64,000 nucleotides of DNA from the human T2T-CHM13v2.0 reference genome, Homo sapiens. The stretch lies in NCBI RefSeq assembly GCF_009914755.1, contig NC_060939.1; one strand, given 5' to 3'. This document shows, in pieces, positions 43,583 to 57,880 of this stretch. The notes beneath the pieces are model-generated. The model was not told the origin of the DNA. It saw only the letters and a program-made list of their open reading frames with translations, and did not search any database. The position numbers and the translations under genes are program-made. Positions within the stretch are counted from its first letter, which is position 1; each line of letters starts with the position of its first letter.

Positions 43583-44775
43583 TGATCAAGATGGAGAAGA
43601 GCTGACTTTTGCAGTTCACGTGGGAGGAAAAAAGTAAATCTAGAAATTCTAGTTAACTCCAAACACAGTGAGTGTCATTAGTGTTTCTCCAGAAGCCAAT
43701 CCAATATTAGGCTGCACATAAAGACTGTCCAAAACAAGGACGGAGAGCACAACAATTCAGGAAGAAGACCACCTGGAATGCTCATATGGCCATCAAAGAT
43801 GACATAGGCTCTGGAAACTATACTACAGGGAAAGTTGGGGCTAAGAAGAACCTTGAGCCAGGAGAAGAAAAGAGTGGATGGTGGGCCATAGAGGCAAGCA
43901 TGGCAGATGCCTTCTAAGAGGTGAAGGGCCACAATGTACAGATGGTTTGACTTATTCTAGGCGGGTTTCAGAAGAGGCACAAGGCCCAAGCTGAAGCCTA
44001 GAAGGTAGCAGTTTGAGTACAATACAAGAAAAAAACATTTTTCTTTGCATTTCTGATGTTCATCAGAACATATGGGACGGAAGCTCAGGAAAGAGATCTT
44101 AAGGTAGCATCAAGAGATAGATGTCGTCCACAAGGAGGCGGTATATGAAGCTGTGAAATGGCTTGGGGTTTCCAGTGTCTTCCACCATCATCAGCCCAGA
44201 ATTACCACCTTCCCAGTTGCACTTCCTCCTAAATCTACATCTCTGGTGCCTTTTGCCTTGAACAGTCTCTTGCCTTGGAGCTTCTCGGCCATCAAACAGA
44301 AGGGGGCACCCTGCACCGTCAGTCAAGGCAAGGACCAATCTGGCAATCCCCAACCATGGAAAAGGACCTAAGGCTGGGTGGGATGTAGGAGCCTTCCAGG
44401 ACCTGGAAGGGAGCCTCCTGTAACTACTCTCTACTCCCTTTAGAGTCCACAGGGCTGGAACTCTAAATGCAGAATAAGGTTAGGGGTGGGCAGAGAGGAA
44501 GGGTTGTGATGCCACCTGACTTCCAAATTGAGGGTGGCACAGGATCCCCCAGAAGCTCCCTGGGGTACAGAAGTCACAGCAACCCTGGACAATCCAGGGG
44601 TTTGGTAAAGTGTACTTACCAATTTTGAAGAGGGGAAGGGGTTCTCTTAAGGTGTAGAAAGGACTATCCAGGGAGTTGCAAACTTTGTTGTAAGTGGACA
44701 ATCACCCTCGCTCCTCACTGCACCGTCTTCTCCTTGCCCAACAATGCACGCGGGTCCTAGCAAGGTATTCGAGTC

Positions 44776-44779
<4 letters not shown>

Positions 44780-44816
<37 letters not shown>

Positions 44817-44831
44817 GTCTCTCTCTCTTTC

Positions 44832-44863
<32 letters not shown>

Positions 44864-44924
44864 TTCCTCTCTCTCTCTCTCTGTCTCTGTCTCTCTCTTT
44901 CCTCTCTCTCTCTCTCTATCTCTG

Positions 44925-44967
<43 letters not shown>
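44780..44967. repeat. Compound (CT/CTGT)n + (CA)21 microsatellite
   Basis: About 145-bp pyrimidine tract at 44780-44925, directly followed by (CA)21 at 44926-44967. Confidence 0.97.
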
Positions 44968-44969
<2 letters not shown>

Positions 44970-45003
44970 CAAAGTGGGCAAAGCGGGCAAAGCGAGCAAA
45001 GCG
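44968..45003. repeat. 4 x 9-bp tandem repeat RGCAAAGYG
   Basis: ggcaaagtg ggcaaagcg ggcaaagcg agcaaagcg. Confidence 0.9.
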
Positions 45004-46490
45004 AGAGGGTTGGTACCCAGTCTGGGCGCGCTGGAGCTAAGCAACTGGCCTTTGTTTGTGAATTGGAGCAGTTTAGGGGACATCCTCCGGTCGCCGCGGG
45101 GCGCGCGCCTCCGCTGAGTGTGCGGTGCGGTACCCAGCGGTGCGGGGGAGGCTCCACCGCGCCAGCCCAGGGCCCCCGCACCGCCCCCGCCAGCTCGACG
45201 CGCCCAGCGTTGCGCTCTCCACGGAGCGGGCGGCCGCAGCGCACTTGGCTGGGGCGAGAGGCGAGAGGGGTGGGCGGACTGCTTGGTTGGCGTTGGCGCT
45301 CTGCAGTGCAGTGGAGTGTTAGCCCAGCTCCCTATATGGTCGGGGATTAGCTTGGCGCTGCTGAGGCTGAGGCTGAGCCAGGAGCTGGAGGAGGAGGTGG
45401 AGGACGAGGACGAAAAGGAGGAGGAGAAAGAGCGCAGCAGCAGTCAGCGCACGCCGAGCGGCTGCCGGGGGAAGCAGAGGCGCCGGAGGCTGGGGCACCG
45501 CCGACGCCTCGGGAGCCATGGCCGAAGGGGGAGAAGGAGGCGAGGACGAGATCCAGTTTCTGAGGACTGTGAGTCTCCGCGGCGGGGGCGAGGCCGTGGG
45601 CAGGTGGGGAGGAGCGCGGAGCGCGGCGAGGAGGGGCTGGCTGCGCTGCGCCGCGGTGCCGGGTGCCCGGTGCCGGGCGCTTTCTCCGCACCCGCGGGCT
45701 GCAGAGGCGGACCGGCCACCTACCCGCGGGGCCGCGAGGGGCTGCGTGGGAAGGGGCACCATCTCCTGCCTCTCCCTTGTTCCCCTACCGCCACCCCTGC
45801 CCCAGGCCCTCCACCTAGGACCGCTCGCTCTCCAGGCAACTTGCTACTTGGTCTGAAACCCTTGATGCCCAAACTTCAGCCGGGGTTTGTTCGCGGTTGT
45901 CCTGACCCATAAGATCGGCGTTGGAAGCCCTCGCCCCGGGGTCGGCCCTCTGACACCTCCATACTCCACCCCAGCCCCATTCCTCTTCCAGGGCGCCCCC
46001 ACGCACAGGGGAACCTCCGGGAAGGAGCCAGCGGGGCAGGGGGGAGTGTGGGGAGCCGGGTCGGAGAAGCGGGCGCAGGCGCTTGGTCCTAGCCCTGGGA
46101 TCGCTCGGAGGGGAATTCACCCAGCGCTGCCCCTCTCGTGTTAAGCCCCACGCCGGCAACTGCTGCTGGAGCCTGACTTGACTGACTGCCTGTCGTGTGT
46201 TCGAGAGCTGTGGCTTCTGCTCCTGGCTCCCGCGAGCCCCGCAGGACAGGGAAACCCCAGTCAGTGGCTCCGCGTCACTCAGGTCCCCTCCTTGACACCT
46301 GAGGGCGCTGCTCCGTCCCAGATTTGGGGGTGAGGGGGCGAAGTCTGTTGCAGCCACACCAGCCTTGCCCTGTAGGAGATAATACAAAGACTTTCAGGGT
46401 GGACGGCCACCCGGAGGGGTGGGGGCATTGGGGATGCATCCTAGCGCTGACTTCAGCCAAGTGACCTTGAGCAAGTCGCATAATCCGCCC
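44980..46490. promoter_or_regulatory. RYR3: CpG island / RYR3 promoter and 5' UTR
   Basis: Sharp rise in GC and CpG density. GC box GGGCGG near 45272, TATA/CArG-like CCCTATATGG at 45330-45339, purine-rich GAG tract at about 45385-45430 ahead of the ATG. Confidence 0.9.
45518..45568 (+). CDS. RYR3: Ryanodine receptor 3, first coding exon (17 codons, MAEGGEGGEDEIQFLRT), phase-0 intron follows
   Basis: Strong Kozak gagccATGG at 45518. The peptide matches the RyR N-terminus (EDEIQFLRT), and the MAEGGEGG start is RYR3-type. Canonical donor ACT|GTGAGT at 45569. Lies inside a CpG island. Confidence 0.96.
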
Positions 46491-49104
46491 TACTCAGCCT
46501 CAGTTTCCTCATGTGTAAAATAAAATGTAACCAGCGTTTCAGGGTGATAAGGATTAAACGTTATCGTGAATGTCATAATGTTTTGTAAACGGCAAATTGC
46601 TCTGTAAATCTTAGGTAATTTTATATGCGCTGCCTTGCTCTCAGGAATTAGAATGAAATTCTTTCTTTCCCTCTCTCACTTCCCTTTAAGGGTGCCCCCT
46701 TCTCCATGACCTGGTCTTCGAAGATCACAACTTACCTCTTGTCCATCTTTTGAACCACTCTCCTCCTGTTGAAGCGCTTCCTTCCAATTTACTTCAGTTT
46801 CTCTTCCAAACATGGTTCTTTTGTCAAAGCTGGGACTTGGGTCTTATTTGGGGGGGTATGGAAGTACCTATCGCCCTGCTGGTACTACTGAGAGGCTAGA
46901 GTATTCATCTCTTCATCCTTCGTCTGACCTGCAGACCCAGACTCCATTCTCATCTCTCACACTGCACACAAGATGGCCCCACAGTTGCAACTCATGACAA
47001 CCCTATTGTTATAAAGCTGCCTGCTCCCCTCAAAGCTCCATCAAATCCTTTGGTTGTCCCTCTGACAGGTGTCTTTAGTAGTGGATGGGTGGCAGCTCAG
47101 GTTTTTTCTGCCTTGTGTCCTCCATGATCAGTCATTTCTTCTCCTTATTATTAATGATCTTCTAGGCGTTATTGCTTGAAAAAATTATCTTCAGACAGGG
47201 TCAGTGTTGAATAGATGTCCCAGGGAGTTGAGGCTTAGGAAGGTGGTAGTTGTTGTGAGATCCTTATGCTTTTCTCTTGGCTTCTGAGCCATCTTCCCTG
47301 ACTTTTCCTCTCCATCTGGCATTGTAAGTGTTTTTTGTTTTTGTTTGTTTTTGGTACACCTGTAGCCAAGGTTTACTATAGTAGTGGTTCTTAAGTTTTG
47401 TGTCCTGGGCTTCCTGCCCTAGAGATCAGAGCTGGCAGACCTCTTTTAAAGTACACCCATGACAGCCTGTGGGGTTCAAGGACCCAGGTTCAGAGCCCCT
47501 GTTGCAGAGAACTGCATACCGGTTATGGCTTAGAGCGAGTGATGGTGGTAACCATGGGGGCAGTGACTCCGAATGTGGCGTTATTGGTTCTTTTCCTTCT
47601 AGTTATCACCTTGTGTATTTTTTAAGGTGTGTTCCTCATTTCTTCACCCTATGAGGCACCTTAACATCTTTGTTTTTAGCTCACTGGGAAGGAAATAGGT
47701 GATGAAACTGAAGCACAGGAAATCGAGTGACTTGAACATAGCTGTTGACAAGTTATTGGTAATTTTCATTATACAATGTTCAATTACATTCCCGCTAGAG
47801 CCTGGCATTGAGCGTTACGCCAGATGTTATATATAGTCTTAAGAATATACCTAAGAACATAAGAGGAGTACTGCAGCTTTCTGAGCTTGGCATCCTCCTT
47901 CTTCATCTGTGAATTCGACAAAATGATTTTTTGGAATCCAATAGCCATAAGCTTTTGATCTCTGCACAAAATTTTGACTTTAGGGTAGTTGGGAACACCA
48001 GGCTTGTGCTAGCAGTGGGATTTTTCTCTCCTCTGGGTATGTCTGGGTTAGGGAAGCTATTTCACTTTGAACTCACTCAGTTACCTTTGCCTTAGGCTTT
48101 CTTTCTCCTCCCCAGACAACACCTTTAAAAGCATTTTGGCAGTGTATTAGTCATATATAATGCTTCCTCACATCGACATGGTCCTGGATGAGAAGGTGAC
48201 TCATACTGGACCATGGAATAGAATCATATCTTTGTAACCATGAACTTTAAAGGATTGCCATCCCAGAGAGCAGAAGCTTTTAACCTATTTACAAAAAAAG
48301 ACCATACAATAGCATTATGCCAAGGATCCTAATCAAATTGTTAGTGGTTGTAGTGTCAGGTTTGTTATAATAGTGCCAAAAATGAAAGCAGCTAGAACTA
48401 TTGATAGTGTGAAATGAGCCAGAATTACTGCAGTAACCACTGTAGGTGTGTGTGGTGTGGCTTTAGACACTTATTTGTGGTAGTGTTTATTTTGGTTATG
48501 TCCTCTGATACATTTGGAAGCCCACCCTCTCCTAAGTAGGGAACAAGACCTAAACAAGGGCTTTGGAAGCTTAAACACATGTGAACTAAATGCTACTGTA
48601 CCCCAAGCCTTAAGGAGGCAGTCTAAAACTATATACCCTCTTCTGGCCTTCTGAAATCACTGACAGTCATGTATGCCAGTTAGAATCAGGCAGATAGACA
48701 GAATCTTTAAGGCTAAAATTTTCCCTCCCACTGCTGTTGGCAGTGGCATCCTCCTCTCTTCCGATTGCTCTTGCTGACGTAGCCAGTGTCATTGACGTGG
48801 CTCTGAAGCTGCTCAGAAGCAGATAAACCTGCCAGCCGCTGATCTGAAAGCAAGAAGTTATGGTGAGAAGAGTGGCAATTACCCCATCTTCAGACAGTCG
48901 GTGGAGCAGCTGGCACCACATTCTGCTTTGAGAGTGCTAGGAGAAAACTTTTCTCTCCTACTTTTTCCTTTAGACTACAGTATCCATTTAAAAAACACAA
49001 AACGAAACAAAACTCTAATCCTTAGCTTATTGTTTTTAAAATATCACAGTCTTCTCCTTGCCAACTGCCTTTCCACCACAATGTTAATTGAAACAGAACT
49101 CAGA

Positions 49105-49482
<378 letters not shown>

Positions 49483-52400
49483 TTAAAGGTTGGTCATAGA
49501 CAGCCTAATTTAGACCTCCCCATAGAAAGTTGTCCTCCTTCATCTAAATTTGCAGCTCTCGAGGGATGAGAAAAGGCACTTGGGCTGAAAATCAAGCATT
49601 GGTCCCTTGTCTTGGGTTCCTGCCTACAGGGTGCCCAGGACAAATTCCTGAATTTGAGCTGCAGCGCTCACGTGAGCTCATGTCTCTCGTCCCTCCCCAG
49701 AGCGCGCTGTCTTGGGTTGGAATGACAGTGAACTTGTACCTGGTGGTTTATGGATGCCTGCTTTCTTCTCTCTGCGGCAGGGCCCATTTACATAACAGCT
49801 GCATGAAGCCTGTGTTTTGGTAGATTTTCTTTAAGGAGATAAGGGAAAGGAGGTGGACACCTTCCTCCAGGCTCTGGGTGCTAGTGAGTAGCAATGGAGG
49901 TAGTGCTAAAATTCAGACCTCAGATACCCAGACATGCAGTGTGAGTTGCTGCAGAGCTGAACTGTAAGCTCTCCTGCTGAGTTATGTTTGAGGATTAAAA
50001 TGACAAAACTCGGAATATTCCCACACTCTGGGCCTCCCAAGGTCACTTCAGGGCTTCCCATCTTCTCAGTCTCTGCTTCCTTCGCTTCTCAGAGCTGATC
50101 TGATTAAAGACCCATATCAGCCGAGCTGGACACACAATATCCCCTCCTTTCCAGGGAAACGTTCCCGGTGAGGTGAGAAGGAGGCTGGATCCTTTTTTCC
50201 AAAGCAATTAACTTGAATCAGAAAGGCCGCATCAGCAGTAGGGGGGTGGTGGCACATATCTTCTCTGCCAAGGCAAGATTGCCATGTCCAGGGTTGTCCT
50301 AAGGATTTTAAGCTGCTGATCTCCTGGGAAGGAGGTGGTGATGACTGCAAACTTGGAAATATTTGGAATGCAATGCGGCCCACTGTATAAGGACTGAGGT
50401 CAAGGGATAGGTTTGCAGTTGAAGAATGTGTGTCTGACATCTGTGCATGTTTTTTTTTCTTATGCTACTATGATTATTAAGCAAGGAATAATTATTAAAT
50501 ATGTTAAATAACATATTTCACAAGTGAAAATTTTAATTTCTAATATTGGTTTCTCCAGCTCCTTAGGGTTGATCTGAGGGCAAAAAAAATGGTGAAAAAG
50601 AAAAGAGTGGGAGGAATTTATCTGGAGAGAAAAATACTCTGATAATTATTTTTGAAGGATTTGTATTTAAATAAGGCATAGCTATCTGTGCTTATTTGCC
50701 TCTTTGCTTTGTGTTATTTTTACACCTTCATAGAAAGGAATCTTTATTTTATAATTCGACTTTTTCTTTACCTTACTGCTTAAAGAATTTTTAACTTAGA
50801 AGCCATCAACTCCATCATCTTCTAATTGACTTGGCATTATTCTGAATGATCTTTACCAATCTCAAGTGCAGACCCAGGCGGTCCTAGGTCTTAGGAACCC
50901 AATACTTTAGTTAATTTCCCACAAGTTCATATCAGTATAAACCTTTCTAAATTAGATATGTTCTTTAAGCTACCCTTAATACAAGATTTATCCAGTAGGA
51001 GTGGGATGCTGTAATAATAAAAAAAAATGAGCTTAGAGGCAAGAATTCCTATTTTTAGGTCTAGATCACTATCACCTTCAAGGAGTCACATAAGAAAATT
51101 GAGGTTTCATTTTTCCCACTGTATGGAGATAGAACCTGCGTTAACAGAAGTGTTGAGAGAGGCAATAGTCATTCCAAATGAGAGACATATTACCCCAAAT
51201 GAGTCAATAAGTTGTGTTTCATAGGATATTATCATTGTGTCTCTTCTGCACTAGGAAGTCGACCTTTCTTATCATCAGATCTTGTTGGAAAACCAGCCCA
51301 GTTGCCGCCATCTCTAACATGGTCTTTGTTGCGGGTCCTTCCCTCCATCCCAGAGCTGTTGGACAGCCTCTAGTGTTGGGCTCACCCCAGGATCTCTGGG
51401 CAATTACTTCTCTAAAGCCAACTGCAACTATTCTTAAGCTATTTGATTAAAAGACTTGAGAAGTCAAGGCAGTGGGTGTGATAATCTTCAAAAGGCCAGG
51501 TAGGCTCCTCCCAGGATCCCAGCCACCAAACAGAACATTCAGAGTTATTTTTTGTCATCTCAGAAAATTACCAAAGCTACCGTTTCCCATAGGACCGCCT
51601 TTTCTTATTGAATCCCGTAGCTCTTCCTTTCATAGCTATCCTTCCTATTCCCCTTCCTGTTTCTTTTATGAGCCCATTTTTTCTTTCGCTCAAAGCACTA
51701 GGGACCTGCTTTCCTGTAAAACCAGAGCGGGTTTTTCTCCCAGGGATTCTGCTGCTTTAGTCATGTCTGCTCAGGGTGTTGGGGCCTTTGAAGAGTTCCT
51801 TTTGGCTGCACCCGGATGAAGCAGATGCTTCTAGGGTGGAGAGCCCAGCCAGTGGTGAGGCTGTAGGGCCACAGTTCTCCTTGGGGAGCCACACTGGGTC
51901 CTCCAGGCCCCAGGCTGGTGTCCTCTCAGCCATCTTCTTGTTTGGAAGTCAGGGGGGGTGTTTTAGGGACAAAGACATTTCCAGTCACTGCAGTTTCCTT
52001 TGGTTCAGTGAATTTTGCCATCATAGCACCTCTTCAATTCAGAGAGAGGGAAGAAAAAGTGCTGGCACCTCAGCCCTGATCCTGCTACAGGGATGAGCCT
52101 CTTGAGATGCCAAGATTATTTTTTTTCTGTTTATGTCATTTCTGATTCCCGGTTGTTAGAAAACAAAGTTCAGATCATCTCTGAGACTGATGATGCAGTA
52201 TTCCAGAATAAAAGAGCTATACCTCCTCTCCTCACATGCACTTTTCCCCTCCTCTGGCTTAGAGTACATTGCTGACTCTACAGTCATACTCTGGGCTATT
52301 GTCCTTTGAGGTGGGACATAGCTTTACAAGGAGGAGGCATGGAGACACCAGGGCCTTCTTTTTTCACCTTCCACCTCCCTATACAGTGAACTCCTCATTG

Positions 52401-55104
52401 ATTTCAGGTCTCTCTGCTCCTGTGCAGTCTTGTCAATACTTGAGTAATCTTACTATTATTGGATTCAATGCCCAAGAAGAAGGAAAGCAAACACTCTATC
52501 CTAAAATCAGATTACAAAGAGATTCAGAAATTACACTCAACATGAGCTCTTCCCTCTGGGGTGACAGCTGCTTGCTGCTGCTTATTTCAGAGTGCAAAGG
52601 AGGCAGAGAGAGCTCTGGAGACAGAGCTGCTGCTGCCTGTGCAGAATTGTACAGGCCATCAACAGTTTTTCTACTGAGTTGAGTTTGTAAGTGGTTTTAT
52701 GCTATAGGAACCAGCCAGTATTATGAGCAAGGCAGCACACCTGTTATAAAAGTGTAGAGATGAAAGTCTGGGTTGGTGTCAGTGTCACTGTGACCCTTGC
52801 AGATACCCAGAAGGATGTCTTTCTCCTTGGTCTGTCTTTGGGATAAAGCACTGTCTCAAGAAATTCCCCCTATTAAAATGCCGAAATGCAAAGTTGTTAG
52901 CTCAGCAGGTACCATTGATGATTAACATCATTAACAGCTGAGCAGAGCCTATTACTGAAGGAACAGGAATTGGGTTGGAGAAAGGTGAGAGCACATGAGG
53001 GCATTGCTGAGAGGGGCAAGCCTGAGTAGGGCACCGCATTGGTGCTTGGGGAACCTTGAGTAGGAAATATACATCAAAGCACAGGAATCTAGGTTCTGGA
53101 GATGGCGGTTCAGACTCCATCTTTATTTAGACCTTTGAGCAGAGGAGAAGAAGGCTTGAGTTACCTGGGAGAAAGTGGCCAACCTTCAGGCATTCAGAAG
53201 AGCATTATTCACCATCAAGACTGGTGCTAATACATACTTTGTTTTAAATAATTCATAATCAGAGAAAACAGTAAGATAAGGTGACTCTACATCAAAACGA
53301 GAACTAAGGTGCCTCCTTCCTGAAGTAGAAAAGTGTTTGAGAGACAAAACCTCATTATCAGTTATTGTATTCATTGACACGTCACTCATACTAATCCCAA
53401 GCAAATGCTCCAGAGCCCCTGAAACCATTTCAAAGCAATTCCTATAGCAAAAAAGGGAAAGTGCTAAGGGGAGCTGCTTATCCCCTAACAGAGCAAATAG
53501 AAAAAGCTCTTACTGGAAGGTACAGGCATTGCACCCCACCAGTGACAGGTACTGGCATCAACTCTGAAAATTTCACAGTTGAGTTCTCTAATGGGGCTGG
53601 GCAGAGAGAGCTAGTCAGCGGGACTACAGGAAGGAATGGAAAGTTCTCCATCAATGGCACATAAATGTCCACAGTGTGAGAAGAGAAGTATTGATTTGAA
53701 TCGTGTTGCTCTATACCATGGACCAGATCCAGACTGTAAATAATACCGGGGCAGAAGGAGAGATCCCGTTGGCTACCACATCATATCGAACCAGAAGCCG
53801 AATCCAAGAGATCAGATCAAAATAGGACAGCTGGTCTTGGAGTAGCATAAGCCCCTCCTAAGTCCCTTCTCAGTCACCCAGGACACTTGGCTATTGTTCC
53901 AATTTAGGACAGTGGTTTTCCTCCAAGTAATCCTCTCTTCTGTCCAGGCTGGCTAGAAGAGAACAGTTCAAGAATAAACTATAGTGAGGTCTTGAACAGA
54001 TCTCATCTCTTTGCAAGAGGCATTTTAGGAGAAAAATATAGCAAAGAACATACTAGTCAAATGATGGGTAAAGTCAGAGGTAAAGCGTTTGCTATATTTG
54101 GCAGCATTTCTATTGCCAGATGCCTGTGAGATTGCCTGCCCTTCCCAGGTCCTAGTTCAACCATTTGTAAAGGCATGGTAATAATTAATGATTACATCTC
54201 AGAGATGTCCTGAAGAAACTCCACATTTCCTCCAGGAGAACTAGATATGTAAATCTGGAGAGAGTAGCTTGGAATAATAGTTGCCCTATTCCCTGAAAAT
54301 GTTTCCGTCAGCCTAAAGTATGAGCCATACATTAGGAACTCCAGGAACACAGGGGTCTTAAATTTGGTTTACGCCAAGTTCTCAGGTACCTACAGATTGG
54401 AAAGTTCACAAATCTAAACACTTTGGGGTCAAGCAGGTAGCTAAATGTGTAAATCAGGCTTTATTTGCAAATAGAGGCGGGCCTGATCTGTACGTTCAAA
54501 TAAAAAAATTCTCAACACTGCCAGTCAAGCAAAACACATCTGCAGCAAGATTCTGAGCTGCCTACCATTGTGCAGCTGCAAATAAGCACTCCAAATCTGT
54601 TTGAATGAAAGCACTCCCTAGAATGCATGAATATTTTCATGATAGGATCAGGCTCACAATACACATCATGGTCCTTGGATAAAAATGTCAACCTTAAAGA
54701 CAGTGTATCATTTATCACAGGGTATAAAAGAGAGATTGGCAGGCAGACAGATTAATGGGCTTAATAAATGATAGGCTTTATCATCAAAATGAATTCAGAT
54801 CTTGCTAGTCTTTAAAACACCCTTTAAAATCATCATATGGATGTAGACATCATGAAATCTAAAGAAAGCAGGGTGTGCATTCAACATGTATTGACCAATT
54901 ACTCTCCACCCAGCCTTAAACAAGTTACTGGAAGTTACATAGATGAAAAAGACATCTTAATGTTTGTTGTTTTTGACAGCTCAGGGTCAAGAGGGAGCTC
55001 AGACTTACTTTGAGGTAGCAAGGATATCAGTCACTTCAGATGACTTTATAACAATTAATTTAACTTTTCCATGTTTCTATGGTACAAAAATTTTCCTGTT
55101 GAAA

Positions 55105-55275
55105 GGTATGACCTTGGGGAAGTTTCCTTACTTCTGTTCTTGTTTTCTCATGTTAAATGAGGGTCATAATAGTGCCTATCTGAGAGGATTGTTGCAAGGA
55201 TTAAATGAGTTCATCCATGTGAGGTACTTGGAACAGTGCTCAACATATAGTAAATCCTCAATAAATATTATTTAT
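55105..55275 (+). mobile_element. MIR
   Basis: tatgaccttggggaagtttccttacttctg ... ggattaaatgag ... catatagtaaatcctcaataaat. Confidence 0.75.
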
Positions 55276-56617
55276 TATTGTCTCAACAAAACAGTGTAAA
55301 CATTGACATTAGTCACACTAGCTATTCCAAATGTCATTGCACAGTCATTTTATTATTGGAAAGTACAAAGGGACAATCCCCTGGGATTATTCCATAGTCT
55401 TGATTCCTGGCATTCTGCTTCACTCTAAATATGAGCAGGCTTTGTGAATGGAAATGAGCCTGCAATGTTCATGGCCTTGGGAGTACAGATTGGGAGGTCA
55501 GTTCTCTGAGCGTCTACTTTGCAAAGCCTCTTGATGCAAATGCTGATTGACTTCTCCCTGGGCAATTTTAAATTCCTCACGTCAATAGATGGGCAACATG
55601 ATTTGGAGAATCCACAGCTACACAAAAATTCATCATCTTTGCTTTGGGGAGACATTTTTTACAACTTATGTCTTAAGTGTAGAAATTAACCTCTCTGGGA
55701 ATTTACTGTATTTCTAATAACACAAGGTCATCCTGCTGTAAGGATCTGGCTTTTCATATCCAAGGATACAAAGCATGGACCTAAAGTAAAGCTTGATCCT
55801 TGCTACATACTTCACTGCCCTCTCCCCTGAGAGGTCCTGCTGGGGCAGTTGTCCAAGCCTCTGATTCTTACTCCCTCCTCTCTATCAAACCTTATTCCCA
55901 TCCTTTTTCCCTCTGCTTTCCATGGAATTAAACTGGATCATATTGGTTATTTAACCCTGTTAAGAATTGTCCTTCCCTGGTTGAGAGTAGGTGTGTGTGA
56001 AGCTAAAATGCTCTGCTCCTTAAGTGACAGGTGTGTAGAAGGGCCCATGGACAGGCTGATGGCACCTTGTTTTTGATTAGTTTGGATCACCCTAATTGGT
56101 TCTTCATTTCACTCAGAAATCTGGTCCCAATGACTGAAAACTTAATTGGACTTAATAGACGGGAAATTTAATAATAATACAAAAAAACTAAAGCAAGATT
56201 TCTTCAAATAATAGAGAATGGGTGGGCTTTTGGTCTCCTTAAAGAAAGGAGAGTTCCGGTGCTGAATCTGAGTGTTTCACTAACTAGCAATACATTTAAC
56301 ATTTTAAGTTGTAAATAGAAAAGTGAACTCTATGGATGAGTTATTTCATTAATGCCAGCCTCAGTTTCCTAATCTATAGAAAGGTGAAAATTATAACTAA
56401 TTCACAGAGAAGGGGTCAGGGTGAAATGATCAGACCTGAGATTCTCCAGAGCAAGGCTCTATTTTATCACCATTTGCTGCTTCCTTCTCCCCAACGTTTA
56501 ACTATGCCCAGCACTTGAGACTGCCCTCAGAAAGTACACTTTATAGAGTATAAAATGCTATGAAGATGTCACACATGCATCTTAGAACTTGGACAACATT
56601 GGCATCTGATTACATTT

Positions 56618-57028
56618 TATGTTAGGCCATTCTTGGGTTGCCATAAAGAAAGCTATGTCTGAGACTGGGCAATTTATAAAGGAAAGGGTTTAATTGGCAC
56701 ATGGCTCTGCGGGCTGCCCAAGCATGACACTGGCATCTGCTCGGCTTCTGGGGAGGCCTCCAGGAGCTTTTCGGCATAGTGAAAAGCAAAGCAAGAGCGA
56801 GCATGTCACATGGCCAGAGAAGGAGCAAGAGAGGGAGCGGCAGGGGGAGGTGCCACACACTTTTAAACGACTAGATTTCACAAGAACCCCCTTTATCATG
56901 AGGACAGCACCAAGACATGAGAAATCCACAACCATGACCCAAACACCTCCCACAAGGGCCCACCTCCAACACTGGGGATTACAATTCAACAAGAGATTTG
57001 GTGGGGACATATAATCAAATTATATCCC
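56618..57028 (-). mobile_element. MST (MaLR) solo LTR
   Basis: ttaggccattcttgggttgccataaag ... ggggattacaattcaacaagagatttggtggggaca. Confidence 0.88.
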
Positions 57029-57291
57029 ATATATAGAGAGCCCACTATTCTAATTAAATACATTTTAGATCAAAGTTGCTCTGACTTATTTATTTTTGTA
57101 CATACATTTTATTATATTGGCTCATAATTAGGCATGATGGTACACAATTCACATAAATGACTACAATCTATGTAAGTTTTGTCTATCCAGAACAACTTTT
57201 TTTCCACTGAATGTCCTAGTTCTCTCTTATTGTCGATCTTAAAGTCGATGGTTTCTCTGGAACCACATCATTTTCAGGTCACCATTGTCAC

Positions 57292-57880
<589 letters not shown>

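Larger units (their letters stand above)
44620..45150 (-). ncRNA. Candidate first exon of a divergent antisense lncRNA from the RYR3 promoter
   Basis: Minus-strand donor TTG|GTAAGT (plus strand acttaccaa 44614-44622) at the edge of the CpG island. I recall a RYR3 divergent transcript being annotated, but its exon limits cannot be fixed from sequence alone. Confidence 0.3.

Noticed and set aside
45569-45856. Read-through of the RYR3 ORF to 112 aa
   Set aside because: RyR similarity ends exactly at the GTGAGT donor. The rest is intron.
44647-45912. Long overlapping ORFs of 105-264 aa on both strands around the promoter
   Set aside because: Explained by stop-codon scarcity in microsatellite and GC-rich DNA. 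Low-complexity products, several with non-ATG starts.
46293-46311. CTCF-like gacacctgagggcgctg
   Set aside because: Mismatches at core positions, and such matches are expected by chance in a CpG island.
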